64,000 nucleotides of DNA from an uncultured Ruminococcus sp. (GTDB lineage Bacteria; Bacillota; Clostridia; Oscillospirales; CAG-272): positions 28,700-92,699 of the forward strand of contig CACYWW010000001.1 in the NCBI GenBank assembly GCA_902778145.1, in the 5' to 3' direction. Under the pieces are notes generated by a model. It saw only the letters and a program-made list of their open reading frames with translations. It did no database searches and was not told the origin of the DNA. The first letter of the stretch is position 1. Every line of letters starts with the position of its first letter. Shown here piece by piece: positions 20,760-29,248 of the stretch. Position numbers and translations under genes: made by a program.

Positions 20760-21482
20760 TTACACCACCGCCTTTGCCAGCCGTTCTATCTCTGCCCTGT
20801 ACTTGCAGTTTCCGATACGTTCCGAAAGAGTTCCCGTGATCATCTGCTGTTTGAGATTTCTCTCATACGGCAGTTTGAAGTCCATCCCCTTGAAGTGCGT
20901 TTCTGTTTCATGGATCGGCACGTAGATATCGTTATCCATTACGTTCAGGACCTTTAGCTTCTTGCCTTCGATCAGCAGGAACTGATTAACGCAGGATGCG
21001 TAATACGAAATGCACTTCATATCCGGAGAAAACATCTGCACTGCCACGTCACAGTCGCGTTTAGCGATGCTGGAAACAAGATCGTCCTGATCACAGGTAC
21101 AGTCGCAGATCACATAATCAACGCTGTCCTTCAGCACAGTAAAAAGCTGTGTAATCTTGTCCTCCGTGGGATGCGGATAGGAGTAGCTGTTCTCTCCGAG
21201 CTTAAAGCCTAAAAACCCGAAGTTCTGCATCTCCTTCACGATCACCGTCTGCTTCAACACATCTTCTTTATAGATGTCTGTCTTGTCCAGCGCGACACCG
21301 AGCGAATACAGTTCCGAATCCTTTCCGTTCGGAAACAGATACGCCATACTGGGAACGTTCAAATCGGGCGAAATGAACTGAACGGAGGTTTTTTTCAGGT
21401 TGTAGATTTCCTGGGCGAGCTTCAATGCGGCCGTCGTTTTGCCGCTGTTCGGTGAACCGCATACGGCGATCAGTTTTCCCAT
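20760..21482 (-). CDS. TadZ/CpaE-like ParA/MinD-family ATPase
   Basis: GSPNSGKTT; DYVICDC; lies between cpaB and tadA. Confidence 0.8.
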   Translation of the reverse strand: MGKLIAVCGSPNSGKTTAALKLAQEIYNLKKTSVQFISPDLNVPSMAYLFPNGKDSELYSLGVALDKTDIYKEDVLKQTVIVKEMQNFGFLGFKLGENSYSYPHPTEDKITQLFTVLKDSVDYVICDCTCDQDDLVSSIAKRDCDVAVQMFSPDMKCISYYASCVNQFLLIEGKKLKVLNVMDNDIYVPIHETETHFKGMDFKLPYERNLKQQMITGTLSERIGNCKYRAEIERLAKAVV

Positions 21483-22330
21483 TATTCCGCACCGTCCTCT
21501 CCGACGTGATAGTAGTCAACCTTGCCGTTGATGATATCGTTTGCTTCCTTTACGGGATCGTGTCCGCCGTTCCCGCCGTTTTCACCGGTCTCGGGTTCGC
21601 CGTCATCGTCTTCAGCAGTCCAGCCGTTTGCAAAATACTCATCCTGAGCATCAAGAAATTTCTTGGCGTTCTCATTGGTCCCGCGATAAACGAGCGCTAC
21701 GGTGAGCGTAGTTTCCGCGTTATATCTGGCAAGCAGCTTCGCCTGCTCGGTATTGGCAAGCAGTGTTACCGTGCTCGGGATCTCATAGCTTCCATCCTCG
21801 TTCTTCACGATGGAGTCTTGATCGATACCGCCCGACGTGGTAGTCGTAATGACCTTCATGTAGCGAAGGGCGGCGGGAATATACGCCTTTCCGAGTTCCT
21901 TATCCACGACGATCATAGAAATGATATCCCCATTTTCCAACTTGCCGGAAAGTCCCGCAGCAAAGGTGTCGATAGTCACACTGACCGCGACCTTTGACCC
22001 GTCGAGGGATGCAAACACGTCGCTTGCAGTATTTGCTTCTCCCGTCAGCTTCGCGGAAGTCAAATAGTCGCCGGCATAGAGCGCGGAAGTTGCATATTTG
22101 CCGATTACTTCCTTCGGATCATTCAGCGTTCCGACGGGAATCGAATCTGTCTTGACTCTTGCAACTTCAAGATGGTCTGCCGTAATCTGTACACCCTGTT
22201 TCACGTCAGAGGCAAGACGAATGACTTCGCTTGTGTCGGTCGAAAGTCTGTTGACAAGCGGCGCGATAAGGAAGGTAACAGCAACTGCCAATACCATACA
22301 GATCACGCCGATAACTGTTCGGTTTTTCAT
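21482..22330 (-). CDS. cpaB: Flp pilus assembly protein CpaB/RcpC
   Basis: TM plus SAF domain; AVSVTIDTFAAGLSGKLENGDII; VTLL..EQAKLL. Confidence 0.88.
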   Translation of the reverse strand: MKNRTVIGVICMVLAVAVTFLIAPLVNRLSTDTSEVIRLASDVKQGVQITADHLEVARVKTDSIPVGTLNDPKEVIGKYATSALYAGDYLTSAKLTGEANTASDVFASLDGSKVAVSVTIDTFAAGLSGKLENGDIISMIVVDKELGKAYIPAALRYMKVITTTTSGGIDQDSIVKNEDGSYEIPSTVTLLANTEQAKLLARYNAETTLTVALVYRGTNENAKKFLDAQDEYFANGWTAEDDDGEPETGENGGNGGHDPVKEANDIINGKVDYYHVGEDGAE

Positions 22331-22479
22331 GCTTCTGCAACCTCCTTTCTCGTCTTCATTTTTTCTATGATGCGCTTATACATCTTATTTTGTATCTTCT
22401 TGTACTTTCTTTCACGAATCGATGCCCTGATGTACCTCTTGGTGAGGTAAAATAATTCTGCTATGATTTTCATTTGCAT
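22327..22479 (-). CDS. 50-aa basic small protein (not in ORF track)
   Basis: AAGGAGG RBS; MQMKIIAELFYLTKRYIRASIRERKYKKIQNKMYKRIIEKMKTRKEVAEA; ATGA overlap with cpaB. Confidence 0.65.
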   Translation of the reverse strand: MQMKIIAELFYLTKRYIRASIRERKYKKIQNKMYKRIIEKMKTRKEVAEA

Positions 22480-22487
22480 TCTCCTCC

Positions 22488-23132
22488 TTAACCTTGCAAA
22501 AAATATGCCGCCGTAAAGCCGGCAGCCAGATACGGGATCATGGGAAATCCCTCTTTTCTGTTTTTTCTCAAAAGATTGACAAATACAGCAAGCAGCGTTC
22601 CTGTGAGCAGGCCGAAAATGCCACGGTCAAACCCCAACAGGAAAGCGCCGGCTGCCGCCATTTTGATATCCGCGCCGCCGATCTTTCCTTTTCCGATCAC
22701 TTTGGAAAGGATGATTACGCCTCCGGCGAAAAACCCGGCGAAGATCATTCCCGGAAGATCCCTCAAATTCGTTCCGATGAAAGCTGCAACCGCGATCATG
22801 ACGTGAAGGTGATCGTCACACTCCCGCGTTTTGATGTCCTCAAAGGAGGATAATGCGAGGATGGAAACGAATAAAATCCCCTTGACCGCGATTGCAGACG
22901 ATCCAAAAAAACAGATCATAGTAAGCGATACGCATACTGCAATGAGCGCAAAACAAACCGCGAGTTTCTTTCTGTTCATCTTATACCGTTCGGAAAAATA
23001 TCCCGAAAGGCTTATGGATGCAAGAACGGAAAGGCAGACGATCAGGATCGCGCTTATAATAAAACCCGCATCAAACGTAACGCCGGAATCAAAAACATAC
23101 GGAATAATCGGTCTGATCACCATCACAGTCAC
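22488..23132 (-). CDS. Prepilin peptidase (A24, TadV/CpaA-like)
   Basis: Catalytic Asp motifs EDIKTRE and IGGADIK; FPMIPYL. Confidence 0.9.
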   Translation of the reverse strand: MTVMVIRPIIPYVFDSGVTFDAGFIISAILIVCLSVLASISLSGYFSERYKMNRKKLAVCFALIAVCVSLTMICFFGSSAIAVKGILFVSILALSSFEDIKTRECDDHLHVMIAVAAFIGTNLRDLPGMIFAGFFAGGVIILSKVIGKGKIGGADIKMAAAGAFLLGFDRGIFGLLTGTLLAVFVNLLRKNRKEGFPMIPYLAAGFTAAYFLQG

Positions 23133-23135
23133 CTC

Positions 23136-23897
23136 TTACCTTCTCTTCTTAAGAATGATGAAGGCAACGACAGCACCTACGGCAAGAACGATGCCAATGA
23201 TAGCGGGAACGGGAGACGATACCTTGCACTCCGCGTACAGTTCGGTTTCCTTGCTTATATCCAAAAGATCAAACGAGATCTTTTTGCCGTCCACCTTGCC
23301 GTTTTTATATGCTGAGATCTTGGCAGGCATTACGACTGCGATATTCACTTTCAGAACGTCACTCATATCGAAGCCTTCAATCTCGCCGTCAACAGCGTTC
23401 GTTACGGCGTCGAATAAGTATTTTGAACCGTCCTTCTTGATCTTTACGCTCTTGAAAAACGGTTTAGGTTTCTCCGAAATGACAGGCTGAGAAACGGCTT
23501 CGCTGTCGATCCTCACGTTGTCACTCGGTTCGGCTGTATCGTTTGTCTCTTCATATTCCGGCTGAGTGCCAGCAGGAATTGTATAATCGTTTGAATCAAA
23601 CGTCAGCTCGGATAGTACCTTTTCCATTTCTTCAAAAGACTCATATTCCTTCGTTTCGGTAAATGTGATATACTTTTCGCCATCGTATTCCGTTTCAGTC
23701 GTTTCCTTGCCGGCAAACGGATCTGAACTTCCCATTTCGATAAGCTGTTTCAGGACGTCCTTCTTCATCCCGACGGTAGTTGAGATGCTTCCCGTACCGT
23801 CTTTGTTGAGCTTGACGCCGAGTTCCTCATACACACAGCCTGACAGACAGAGTGTGAGCGAAACGGCGACAAACAGTAATGCTATGATTCTCTTCAC
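23136..23897 (-). CDS. Lipoprotein with C-terminal TM (LppM-like); GTG start
   Basis: Lipobox LSGC; VKLNKDGTGSI; C-terminal hydrophobic helix plus KKRR; RBS AGGAGGG. Confidence 0.75.
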   Translation of the reverse strand: MKRIIALLFVAVSLTLCLSGCVYEELGVKLNKDGTGSISTTVGMKKDVLKQLIEMGSSDPFAGKETTETEYDGEKYITFTETKEYESFEEMEKVLSELTFDSNDYTIPAGTQPEYEETNDTAEPSDNVRIDSEAVSQPVISEKPKPFFKSVKIKKDGSKYLFDAVTNAVDGEIEGFDMSDVLKVNIAVVMPAKISAYKNGKVDGKKISFDLLDISKETELYAECKVSSPVPAIIGIVLAVGAVVAFIILKKRR

Positions 23898-23976
23898 TTT
23901 TTCCCTCCTTGTGATTGGTTTGAGGGGGCGATGCCCAAAGGCACCGCCCCCGTTGGATTTCTTTCGACTTACCGGA

Positions 23977-24210
23977 TCAATGCCCGTTGTAGTTGAAGAG
24001 TCCCTGGACCTTGCTCGTGACAGTCGGCATGATGGTGCTATTGAACAGCGCATACAGACCTGCGAGAAGCAGAGCACCGATAACGACGGCGATCAGGATC
24101 TTGACTCCGGAATCGACGTAGCCTTCGGCTTCTTTGTTTTCGACAGCGGTTCTGACGTTCAGCGCGAACGCCTCCGCCTTGTCTCTGAGCTTACGGAAAA
24201 ACTTCTTCAT
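23977..24210 (-). CDS. Flp-like major pilin, copy 2 (DUF6133-like)
   Basis: Basic leader plus EGYVDSGVKILIAVVIGALLLAGLYALF. Confidence 0.85.
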   Translation of the reverse strand: MKKFFRKLRDKAEAFALNVRTAVENKEAEGYVDSGVKILIAVVIGALLLAGLYALFNSTIMPTVTSKVQGLFNYNGH

Positions 24211-24249
24211 TTTTTTATTCCTCTCTTTCTTGTTTTTTTGTGGTGTGAC

Positions 24250-24480
24250 TTAGCCGTTATAGTTGAACAGACTGGTGATTTTCTGCGAGACTGTCGGCAT
24301 GATCGTGGTATTGAACAGCGCATACAGACCGGCGAGAAGCAGAGCACCGATAACGACGGCGATCAGGATCTTGACGCCGGAATCGACATAGCCTTCCGCC
24401 TCCTTGTTCTCGACAGCGGTTCTGACGTTCAGGACAAACGCACCTGCTTTTTCCTTGAGTTTACGGAAAAATTTCTTCAT
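24250..24480 (-). CDS. Flp-like major pilin, copy 1 (DUF6133-like)
   Basis: Tandem paralog with an identical hydrophobic core. Confidence 0.85.
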   Translation of the reverse strand: MKKFFRKLKEKAGAFVLNVRTAVENKEAEGYVDSGVKILIAVVIGALLLAGLYALFNTTIMPTVSQKITSLFNYNG

Positions 24481-24535
24481 TTGATTACCTCTTCTTTCTT
24501 TGTTTTTGGGTTTTAGTTGGGTGGTTGTGTAACGA

Positions 24536-24835
24536 TCAGTTGTTGTCAGATGCCTTCAGATTACCTTCAAGCACCGCTGCGCGATAGGCATCAAGCACAG
24601 CGTCTTCCATCTCCTTGCGAAGCGCAGAAGTGATGGGATGGCAGACATCACGGAACTTCTCGTTGCCGTCAGCGTCGGTGTAAGACTCCGAAGGCATGGC
24701 GATGAAGGTGTGCTTCTCGGTGGTGATGACCTTGACGCCATGGATGGTGAACTGATCGTCCATCGTGACAGAGCAGGTCGCCTTGAGAGGCTTACCGTTC
24801 TCGATGAGCTTGCGTACCTTAACATTGAACTTCAT
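24536..24835 (-). CDS. spoVG: SpoVG-family nucleic-acid-binding protein
   Basis: LKATCSVTMDDQFTIHGVKV..FIAMPS..FRDVCHPIT; RBS AAGGAGG before ATG 24835. Confidence 0.88.
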   Translation of the reverse strand: MKFNVKVRKLIENGKPLKATCSVTMDDQFTIHGVKVITTEKHTFIAMPSESYTDADGNEKFRDVCHPITSALRKEMEDAVLDAYRAAVLEGNLKASDNN

Positions 24836-24889
24836 GTCGGTTGAGTTCCTCCTTTCTTCGTTTTTGGTATATGAGTGCCGGGGCGGGAT

Positions 24890-24920
24890 AAAAAGAAGAC
24901 CGAAACACACTGTTTCAGCC
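24890..24920 (-). terminator. Intrinsic terminator after parB
   Basis: GGCTGAAAC-5nt-GTTTCGGTC followed by TTCTTTTT. Confidence 0.65.
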
Positions 24921-24936
24921 TGTGCGCACATTCCTT

Positions 24937-25887
24937 TTACCTCACCTGATCACGTTGTCTTTCCAAATACCTGTGATAATGCTCGACGGCTTTGATCACA
25001 AAGTCCTCGACCTTATCCTCAGTAAACCCTTTCGGGATATATGGCAGAATGCGATCAAACGATATCTTGATCTTGACCTTTTGGTTTGGCTTTTCCTCCG
25101 CCATGATCTTCATGACCTTTTCGTAGTTGATGTCGCCCTCCTCATACGCCTTGTGCAAACGTATGGCTTGTGCGTGAGACGGAAACGCCTCCGTTTCGTC
25201 GATGCGGTCAACAACATCGCGTTGCGATTCTTCATCGAGATAACTGAGTTCCACGGCAGGGCGCATCTTAATCTTGCCTTCATCAACAAAATCCTGGAGT
25301 TCCTGAATAAGATAGGTCAGGCGTATGTATCGGTGAATTTGTGTCCGACTTTCTCCCGTTTCTTCGCCAAGATTATCAAGCGACTGTGTCCCACGTAAAT
25401 TCATCCCCACTGGGGATTCATTTTCTTCTTTAGATGGTCTACCAGGCAATCTCTTGATGGCTTCAAGCTTCATCTTATATGCACGTCCCTTATCACACGG
25501 AGCGATCTCGGAACGCTGGCTGTTGCTGTCTACCATTAGGATGATCGCTTCGTCGCGGGTAACGTCCACGACCTCACAGCGCAGGGTTTCCAGTCCGAGC
25601 TTTTCACAGGCACGCTTACGCCGATGGCCGGAAATGATCTCATACCTACCGTTTTCTTTTTGACGGACCATCGCCGGAGTGATGACGCCGCGTTCGCTGA
25701 TACTGTCCATCAATGCCTGCATATCCTCATCGTCGAGGACTCTGTACGGATGATCCGGAAAATCATCGATCTCGGATAACGGAATGTCGTACAGCTTTTT
25801 GAGCTTCGCTTCCTGCCGTTCCTCCTCTGTTGAGAAAAGGTCATCGACTGAGGGAAGGTTCATTTTGAATGCGCTGCCTTTCGCCAA
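24937..25887 (-). CDS. parB: ParB/RepB/Spo0J family protein
   Basis: YEIISGHRRKRA; MVDSNSQR; HTH region RTQIHRYIRLT. Confidence 0.92.
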   Translation of the reverse strand: MAKGSAFKMNLPSVDDLFSTEEERQEAKLKKLYDIPLSEIDDFPDHPYRVLDDEDMQALMDSISERGVITPAMVRQKENGRYEIISGHRRKRACEKLGLETLRCEVVDVTRDEAIILMVDSNSQRSEIAPCDKGRAYKMKLEAIKRLPGRPSKEENESPVGMNLRGTQSLDNLGEETGESRTQIHRYIRLTYLIQELQDFVDEGKIKMRPAVELSYLDEESQRDVVDRIDETEAFPSHAQAIRLHKAYEEGDINYEKVMKIMAEEKPNQKVKIKISFDRILPYIPKGFTEDKVEDFVIKAVEHYHRYLERQRDQVR

Positions 25888-26668
25888 GCTCCATCACCTC
25901 CCTCGTAAAGTTTTCATAGGCTTTGGCAACCTTACTGCCTCCGTCGTAGGAGTAGATGCTCTTTCCGACTACGCTGATCTCGGCACACTTAATCGCCATA
26001 GGGATACGGGTGTCAAAGACCTTGATGCGGCTGCCGTAGTATTCGCGGATCGTCTGCTCCGTCGTTTTCGCAAGGTTTGTGTTCTCCGCGACGAGCGTTA
26101 GCAGAATCCCCTCGATCTTCAGCTTCGGGTTGAGCTGTCTTTGTACCTTGTTAATCGTTTTTGTGAGCTGCGTCATACCCTTCAAGGGCAGGTAGTGTGC
26201 CTGAACGGGAATGATGACCGAATCGGCGGCGGTAAAGGCGTTGACCGTGATCATACCGAGGCTCGGCATACAGTCGAGCAGGATGTAGTCGTATTTGTCC
26301 CTCATACCATCGAGATAGATGCTCATGATGCGCTCGCGGTTCATGGTCGAGACGAGCTGCAGGTCCATACTGGAAAGCTCTATGTTTGCAGGCAAAAGAT
26401 CCACGCCTTCCGGCTGATGAATGATTCCCTCGTCGGGCGAAAGCTCCTCGTCGGATATGATCTTCTCCATGACCGTCGAGACAGTCGTTTCAATACTGTC
26501 GTTATCCTGATAGCCGCAGCAGATTGTCAGATCTCCCTGCGGGTCGCAGTCGATGAGCAGTACCTTTTTGCCCCGGCGGGCAAGTCCCACGCCGAGGTTG
26601 AAGGTCGTTGTCGTCTTTCCGACGCCGCCCTTTTGATTTGCCACGGCGATCACTTTACATTTATTCAT
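25841..26668 (-). CDS. parA: ParA/Soj ATPase
   Basis: NQKGGVGKTT; LIDCDPQG; YDYILLDCMPSLG. Confidence 0.95.
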   Translation of the reverse strand: MNKCKVIAVANQKGGVGKTTTTFNLGVGLARRGKKVLLIDCDPQGDLTICCGYQDNDSIETTVSTVMEKIISDEELSPDEGIIHQPEGVDLLPANIELSSMDLQLVSTMNRERIMSIYLDGMRDKYDYILLDCMPSLGMITVNAFTAADSVIIPVQAHYLPLKGMTQLTKTINKVQRQLNPKLKIEGILLTLVAENTNLAKTTEQTIREYYGSRIKVFDTRIPMAIKCAEISVVGKSIYSYDGGSKVAKAYENFTREVMELGERQRIQNEPSLSR

Positions 26669-26699
26669 TTGTTTTGTTTTTCTCCTTCCTTATATATTT

Positions 26700-27130
26700 G
26701 AGCCTTTCAACTCACCCAAAAGCAGAAACAGCGTTCTGCTCTTGGGTCATTACATTTAATTCGACCCCGCCCCCAAATGTACAAAAGGAGTACATCAGAC
26801 GACCGGTAGCTTGCCGGTTCCATAGGAGTCTCACCTCTCCGCCTTCATTGTGGCCGAGCCGCGAATTACGGAAGTATCATTATTCCCTGTGCCTGTCATC
26901 GCCTCCGCGGGGAGCAGTCCCGTTTCATCTGTGTAGGTTTTATCGCTCGCTCCCGTATCGGAAGGTCATGGCGCACCCACAGCGTCGGCTCGAAGTTCCC
27001 TTCGGCACAAGTAACGTATCTGATGCCTGCATATTCAATTTTCAATGAGCTTTACCGAGAGGTCTCAACTTGTCCTCTCAAAAGGTAGCCGTCGAAAACG
27101 CGAAAATCCCAACCAAAATCCGAAAAAAGT
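26700..27130 (-). ncRNA. Candidate structured leader RNA upstream of parA
   Basis: ~430 nt with no credible ORF on the operon strand and several hairpins (26713-26748, 26802-26818, 27057-27079). Family not identified. Confidence 0.45.
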
Positions 27131-27132
27131 TT

Positions 27133-27597
27133 TTATACACTCCGGAATTTTTTCACTTTTTTTGAAATCGCCTGATTCGTCACGCCGAGTTCAACGGCTA
27201 TCTGAGCCTCGGTGACCCCCTCGGAAAGCATTTTCAAAATGCGGATATCGCGTGGGTTATTGAACTTTTTAACGATTGCGTTCAGTCTCTCGTCATCGAA
27301 ACCGATGACAAAGGGGTCGGAACCGTCAAAATAGCGATCCTCGCAGGATACGGAGAACTGATCGGCATAACGGTCAAGAAGCGCGTTGTCCGAATCATCG
27401 ACGCCCTCCTCAAAACTGCTCGCCTCGTATTCCTGGGTGTGCTCATAGTAATTTCTGTCGCTCCTGAATACATCGAGATCAAACTCATACATCGCCTGAA
27501 TCTGTTCTTCTGTCATTCCGGCTGCGCGGTATTCCTCCGCCTGCTTCTTCATCCTTGCCATAAACTTTTTTCTTTCATATCCGTTGTTCCAACTCAT
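27133..27597 (-). CDS. Sigma-70 region-4-like HTH regulator
   Basis: C-terminal TEAQIAVELGVTNQAISKK; N-terminus EYRAAGMTEEQIQAMYEFD typical of ICE sigma-like proteins. Confidence 0.8.
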   Translation of the reverse strand: MSWNNGYERKKFMARMKKQAEEYRAAGMTEEQIQAMYEFDLDVFRSDRNYYEHTQEYEASSFEEGVDDSDNALLDRYADQFSVSCEDRYFDGSDPFVIGFDDERLNAIVKKFNNPRDIRILKMLSEGVTEAQIAVELGVTNQAISKKVKKFRSV

Positions 27598-27602
27598 TTT
27601 TT

Positions 27603-27678
27603 GTGATCTCCTTTTGATTTTTTGATTTTTGATTTTTTGTTGTTTTGGATTTGCTGAAAATCAAAATTCGGAGATCAC
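27603..27678 (-). promoter_or_regulatory. RBS-sequestering inverted repeat
   Basis: GTGATCTCC..TTTTGATTTT pairs with AAAATCAAAA-GGAGATCAC, which contains the SD of the sigma-like gene. Confidence 0.6.
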
Positions 27679-27749
27679 GGGTACTTTGCGCTATATGCCG
27701 TCCACTGCTTTTTCATTGCCGGTCCTTTCCGGGCCGTCCGGCAGCGGGC

Positions 27750-27789
27750 AAAAAGATAAGGGACCGAGATGATGCTTCACCCCGATCCC
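27750..27789 (-). terminator. Intrinsic terminator-like hairpin
   Basis: GGGATCGGGGTGA-AGCA-TCATCTCGGTCCC followed by TTATCTTTTT. Confidence 0.55.
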
Positions 27790-27935
27790 CGAAAGACGCC
27801 GTGAGGGCGCACGAGATCAAGGGTATTCAGCATCGTTTTTTACAGTTTTCTTCTGCAAAAAGCTCGGTGTGAATATCCTTTGCCCGCACGCGTTCAGGCT
27901 CAAATATTGTTTTTGCTTTATTTCAATCAGCGGAG

Positions 27936-27993
27936 AAAAAAGAAAAGCGGGGTCAAAAGTCCGCAGCACTGCTGCAGTCGATCAACCCCGCTT
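27936..27993 (-). terminator. Intrinsic terminator-like hairpin
   Basis: AAGCGGGGT...ACCCCGCTT followed by TTCTTTTTT. Confidence 0.55.
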
Positions 27994-28043
27994 GGTTCTT
28001 CACTTACGCCGCTTCGTAAGTGGCTTGTATATTCGGTTGTGCC

Positions 28044-28235
28044 TCAGTCTAGAAATACCGATTCGGATTTCGTGACCGTCTGTACCTTGAGCTTGCCCTT
28101 GACCCGCTTGACTTCGGCGTCACAGCCCTTCGCCGTGATGGATTCTATCACCTTGAAAAGCCTCAGCGCTTCATCGATTCGGACTCGCTCTTCTTTTGAC
28201 TTCGGGACTTCGCCCAAAACAGTCTTCTTGTCCAT
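28044..28235 (-). CDS. Small hypothetical protein (63 aa)
   Basis: Strong RBS AAAGGAGG. Confidence 0.7.
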   Translation of the reverse strand: MDKKTVLGEVPKSKEERVRIDEALRLFKVIESITAKGCDAEVKRVKGKLKVQTVTKSESVFLD

Positions 28236-28250
28236 TTCGACCTCCTTTAG

Positions 28251-28303
28251 AAACAGAAACAGCCGGGAAAATACTCGTGTGATATCGAATACTCTCCCGG
28301 CTG
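28251..28303 (-). terminator. Terminator/attenuator-like hairpin upstream of the 63-aa gene
   Basis: CAGCCGGGA...TCCCGGCTG followed by TTTCTGTTT. Confidence 0.5.
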
Positions 28304-28384
28304 AACTCGCTTGGTTCAGCTCGAATTGAGTTGTATTATATTGTATCGTATCGTGTGGCTCCCTCGCTTGGGGTTCCTACACTT

Positions 28385-28591
28385 TTAATCTCGGAAATAA
28401 CTGTTTCTGTACGATTCCTGTTCGTATTCGTTTACCTTGTTTATGACAAGTGCCAAAAACTGGTCCAGCGTGATTGTTTCGTACAGATCCGACTTGTTCT
28501 TTTTGAACCGAAGATAGATCACCCGGTCTTCTGCAAACACACAGGCAATCGGGATATGCGCCTGCGGCGTATGCACAATGTTCTCTTGCAA
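28385..28591 (-). CDS. Small hypothetical protein (68 aa), probably co-transcribed with lexA
   Basis: TTG start with GGAG, 16 nt downstream of the lexA-like gene. Confidence 0.55.
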   Translation of the reverse strand: MQENIVHTPQAHIPIACVFAEDRVIYLRFKKNKSDLYETITLDQFLALVINKVNEYEQESYRNSYFRD

Positions 28592-28606
28592 TTCTCCATA
28601 TTCTCC

Positions 28607-29248
28607 TTAAAATTCATCAGAAACCGGCGCGTGGATCACATAGTCCACCACTCCGTATATTGACCATTCTCCCTTCGGGTGAACGTCGTACTTTCTTTTT
28701 CCGTTGACTTCTACGTCATTTGCGGCTCTCAAATAGGGGCCACTTCTGCCTTTTTCATATACCTTACAGGTCGCTTCACAGTTGTCGATCATGGCGATCA
28801 CCGTCTGACCGTATTCCGCGTACGGAGTTCTTCTGACAATGAGAAGGTCGCCGTCGAATATACCGCGGTTTATCATACTCGGCCCCTTTGCGTGGAGGAT
28901 TACGTGCTCTGCGTCACCGAAAATCTCATTTGGAAGAGCAACGCAGGCTTCGATACATTCAACCGCATCCGTCGGAGGACCGCAGTGAACGTCGCCAACC
29001 ACAAACGTATTATGCGTCTCGGAGGCGCGGAAGTATGAAGGCGTCCTTATCTGTTTCCAACCTCCCTGAGTTTCCGTTTCAATCAGTCCCCGCTTTTTCA
29101 GCTCGTTGACGTAGAGAGAAACCGATGAAAGGGATGCGATTCTGCACTCCTTCTGAATCTGCCGGTAGTTCGGCGCTTTGCCTGTCTCCTGGTGTTCGCG
29201 AATGCACCTCAGTACCTTATTCAATTTTTCTTCATCCATAACTCTCAT
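28607..29248 (-). CDS. lexA: LexA-like S24 repressor (start MRVMDEEK)
   Basis: wHTH (APNYRQIQ..SLSSVSLYVNELKKRGLI); cleavage region VGDVHCG; catalytic GPSM and ATCK. Confidence 0.88.
   Translation of the reverse strand: MRVMDEEKLNKVLRCIREHQETGKAPNYRQIQKECRIASLSSVSLYVNELKKRGLIETETQGGWKQIRTPSYFRASETHNTFVVGDVHCGPPTDAVECIEACVALPNEIFGDAEHVILHAKGPSMINRGIFDGDLLIVRRTPYAEYGQTVIAMIDNCEATCKVYEKGRSGPYLRAANDVEVNGKRKYDVHPKGEWSIYGVVDYVIHAPVSDEF

Noticed and set aside
23977-24480. Pilin duplication as a DGR template/variable pair or CRISPR-like repeat
   Set aside because: Both copies are intact genes with RBSs, differences are not adenine-specific, and no reverse transcriptase or spacers are present.
23665-24516. 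283-aa plus-strand ORF with an internal repeat
   Set aside because: Mirror of the duplicated pilin genes.
26700-27050. Group II intron (GTGCG present on the minus strand)
   Set aside because: Too short; no recognisable domain V/VI, no RT, no interrupted gene.
28300-28320. GCTGAAC-N7-GTTCAGC as a LexA operator
   Set aside because: Spacing differs from the promoter site; more simply an RNA hairpin overlapping the adjacent terminator stem.
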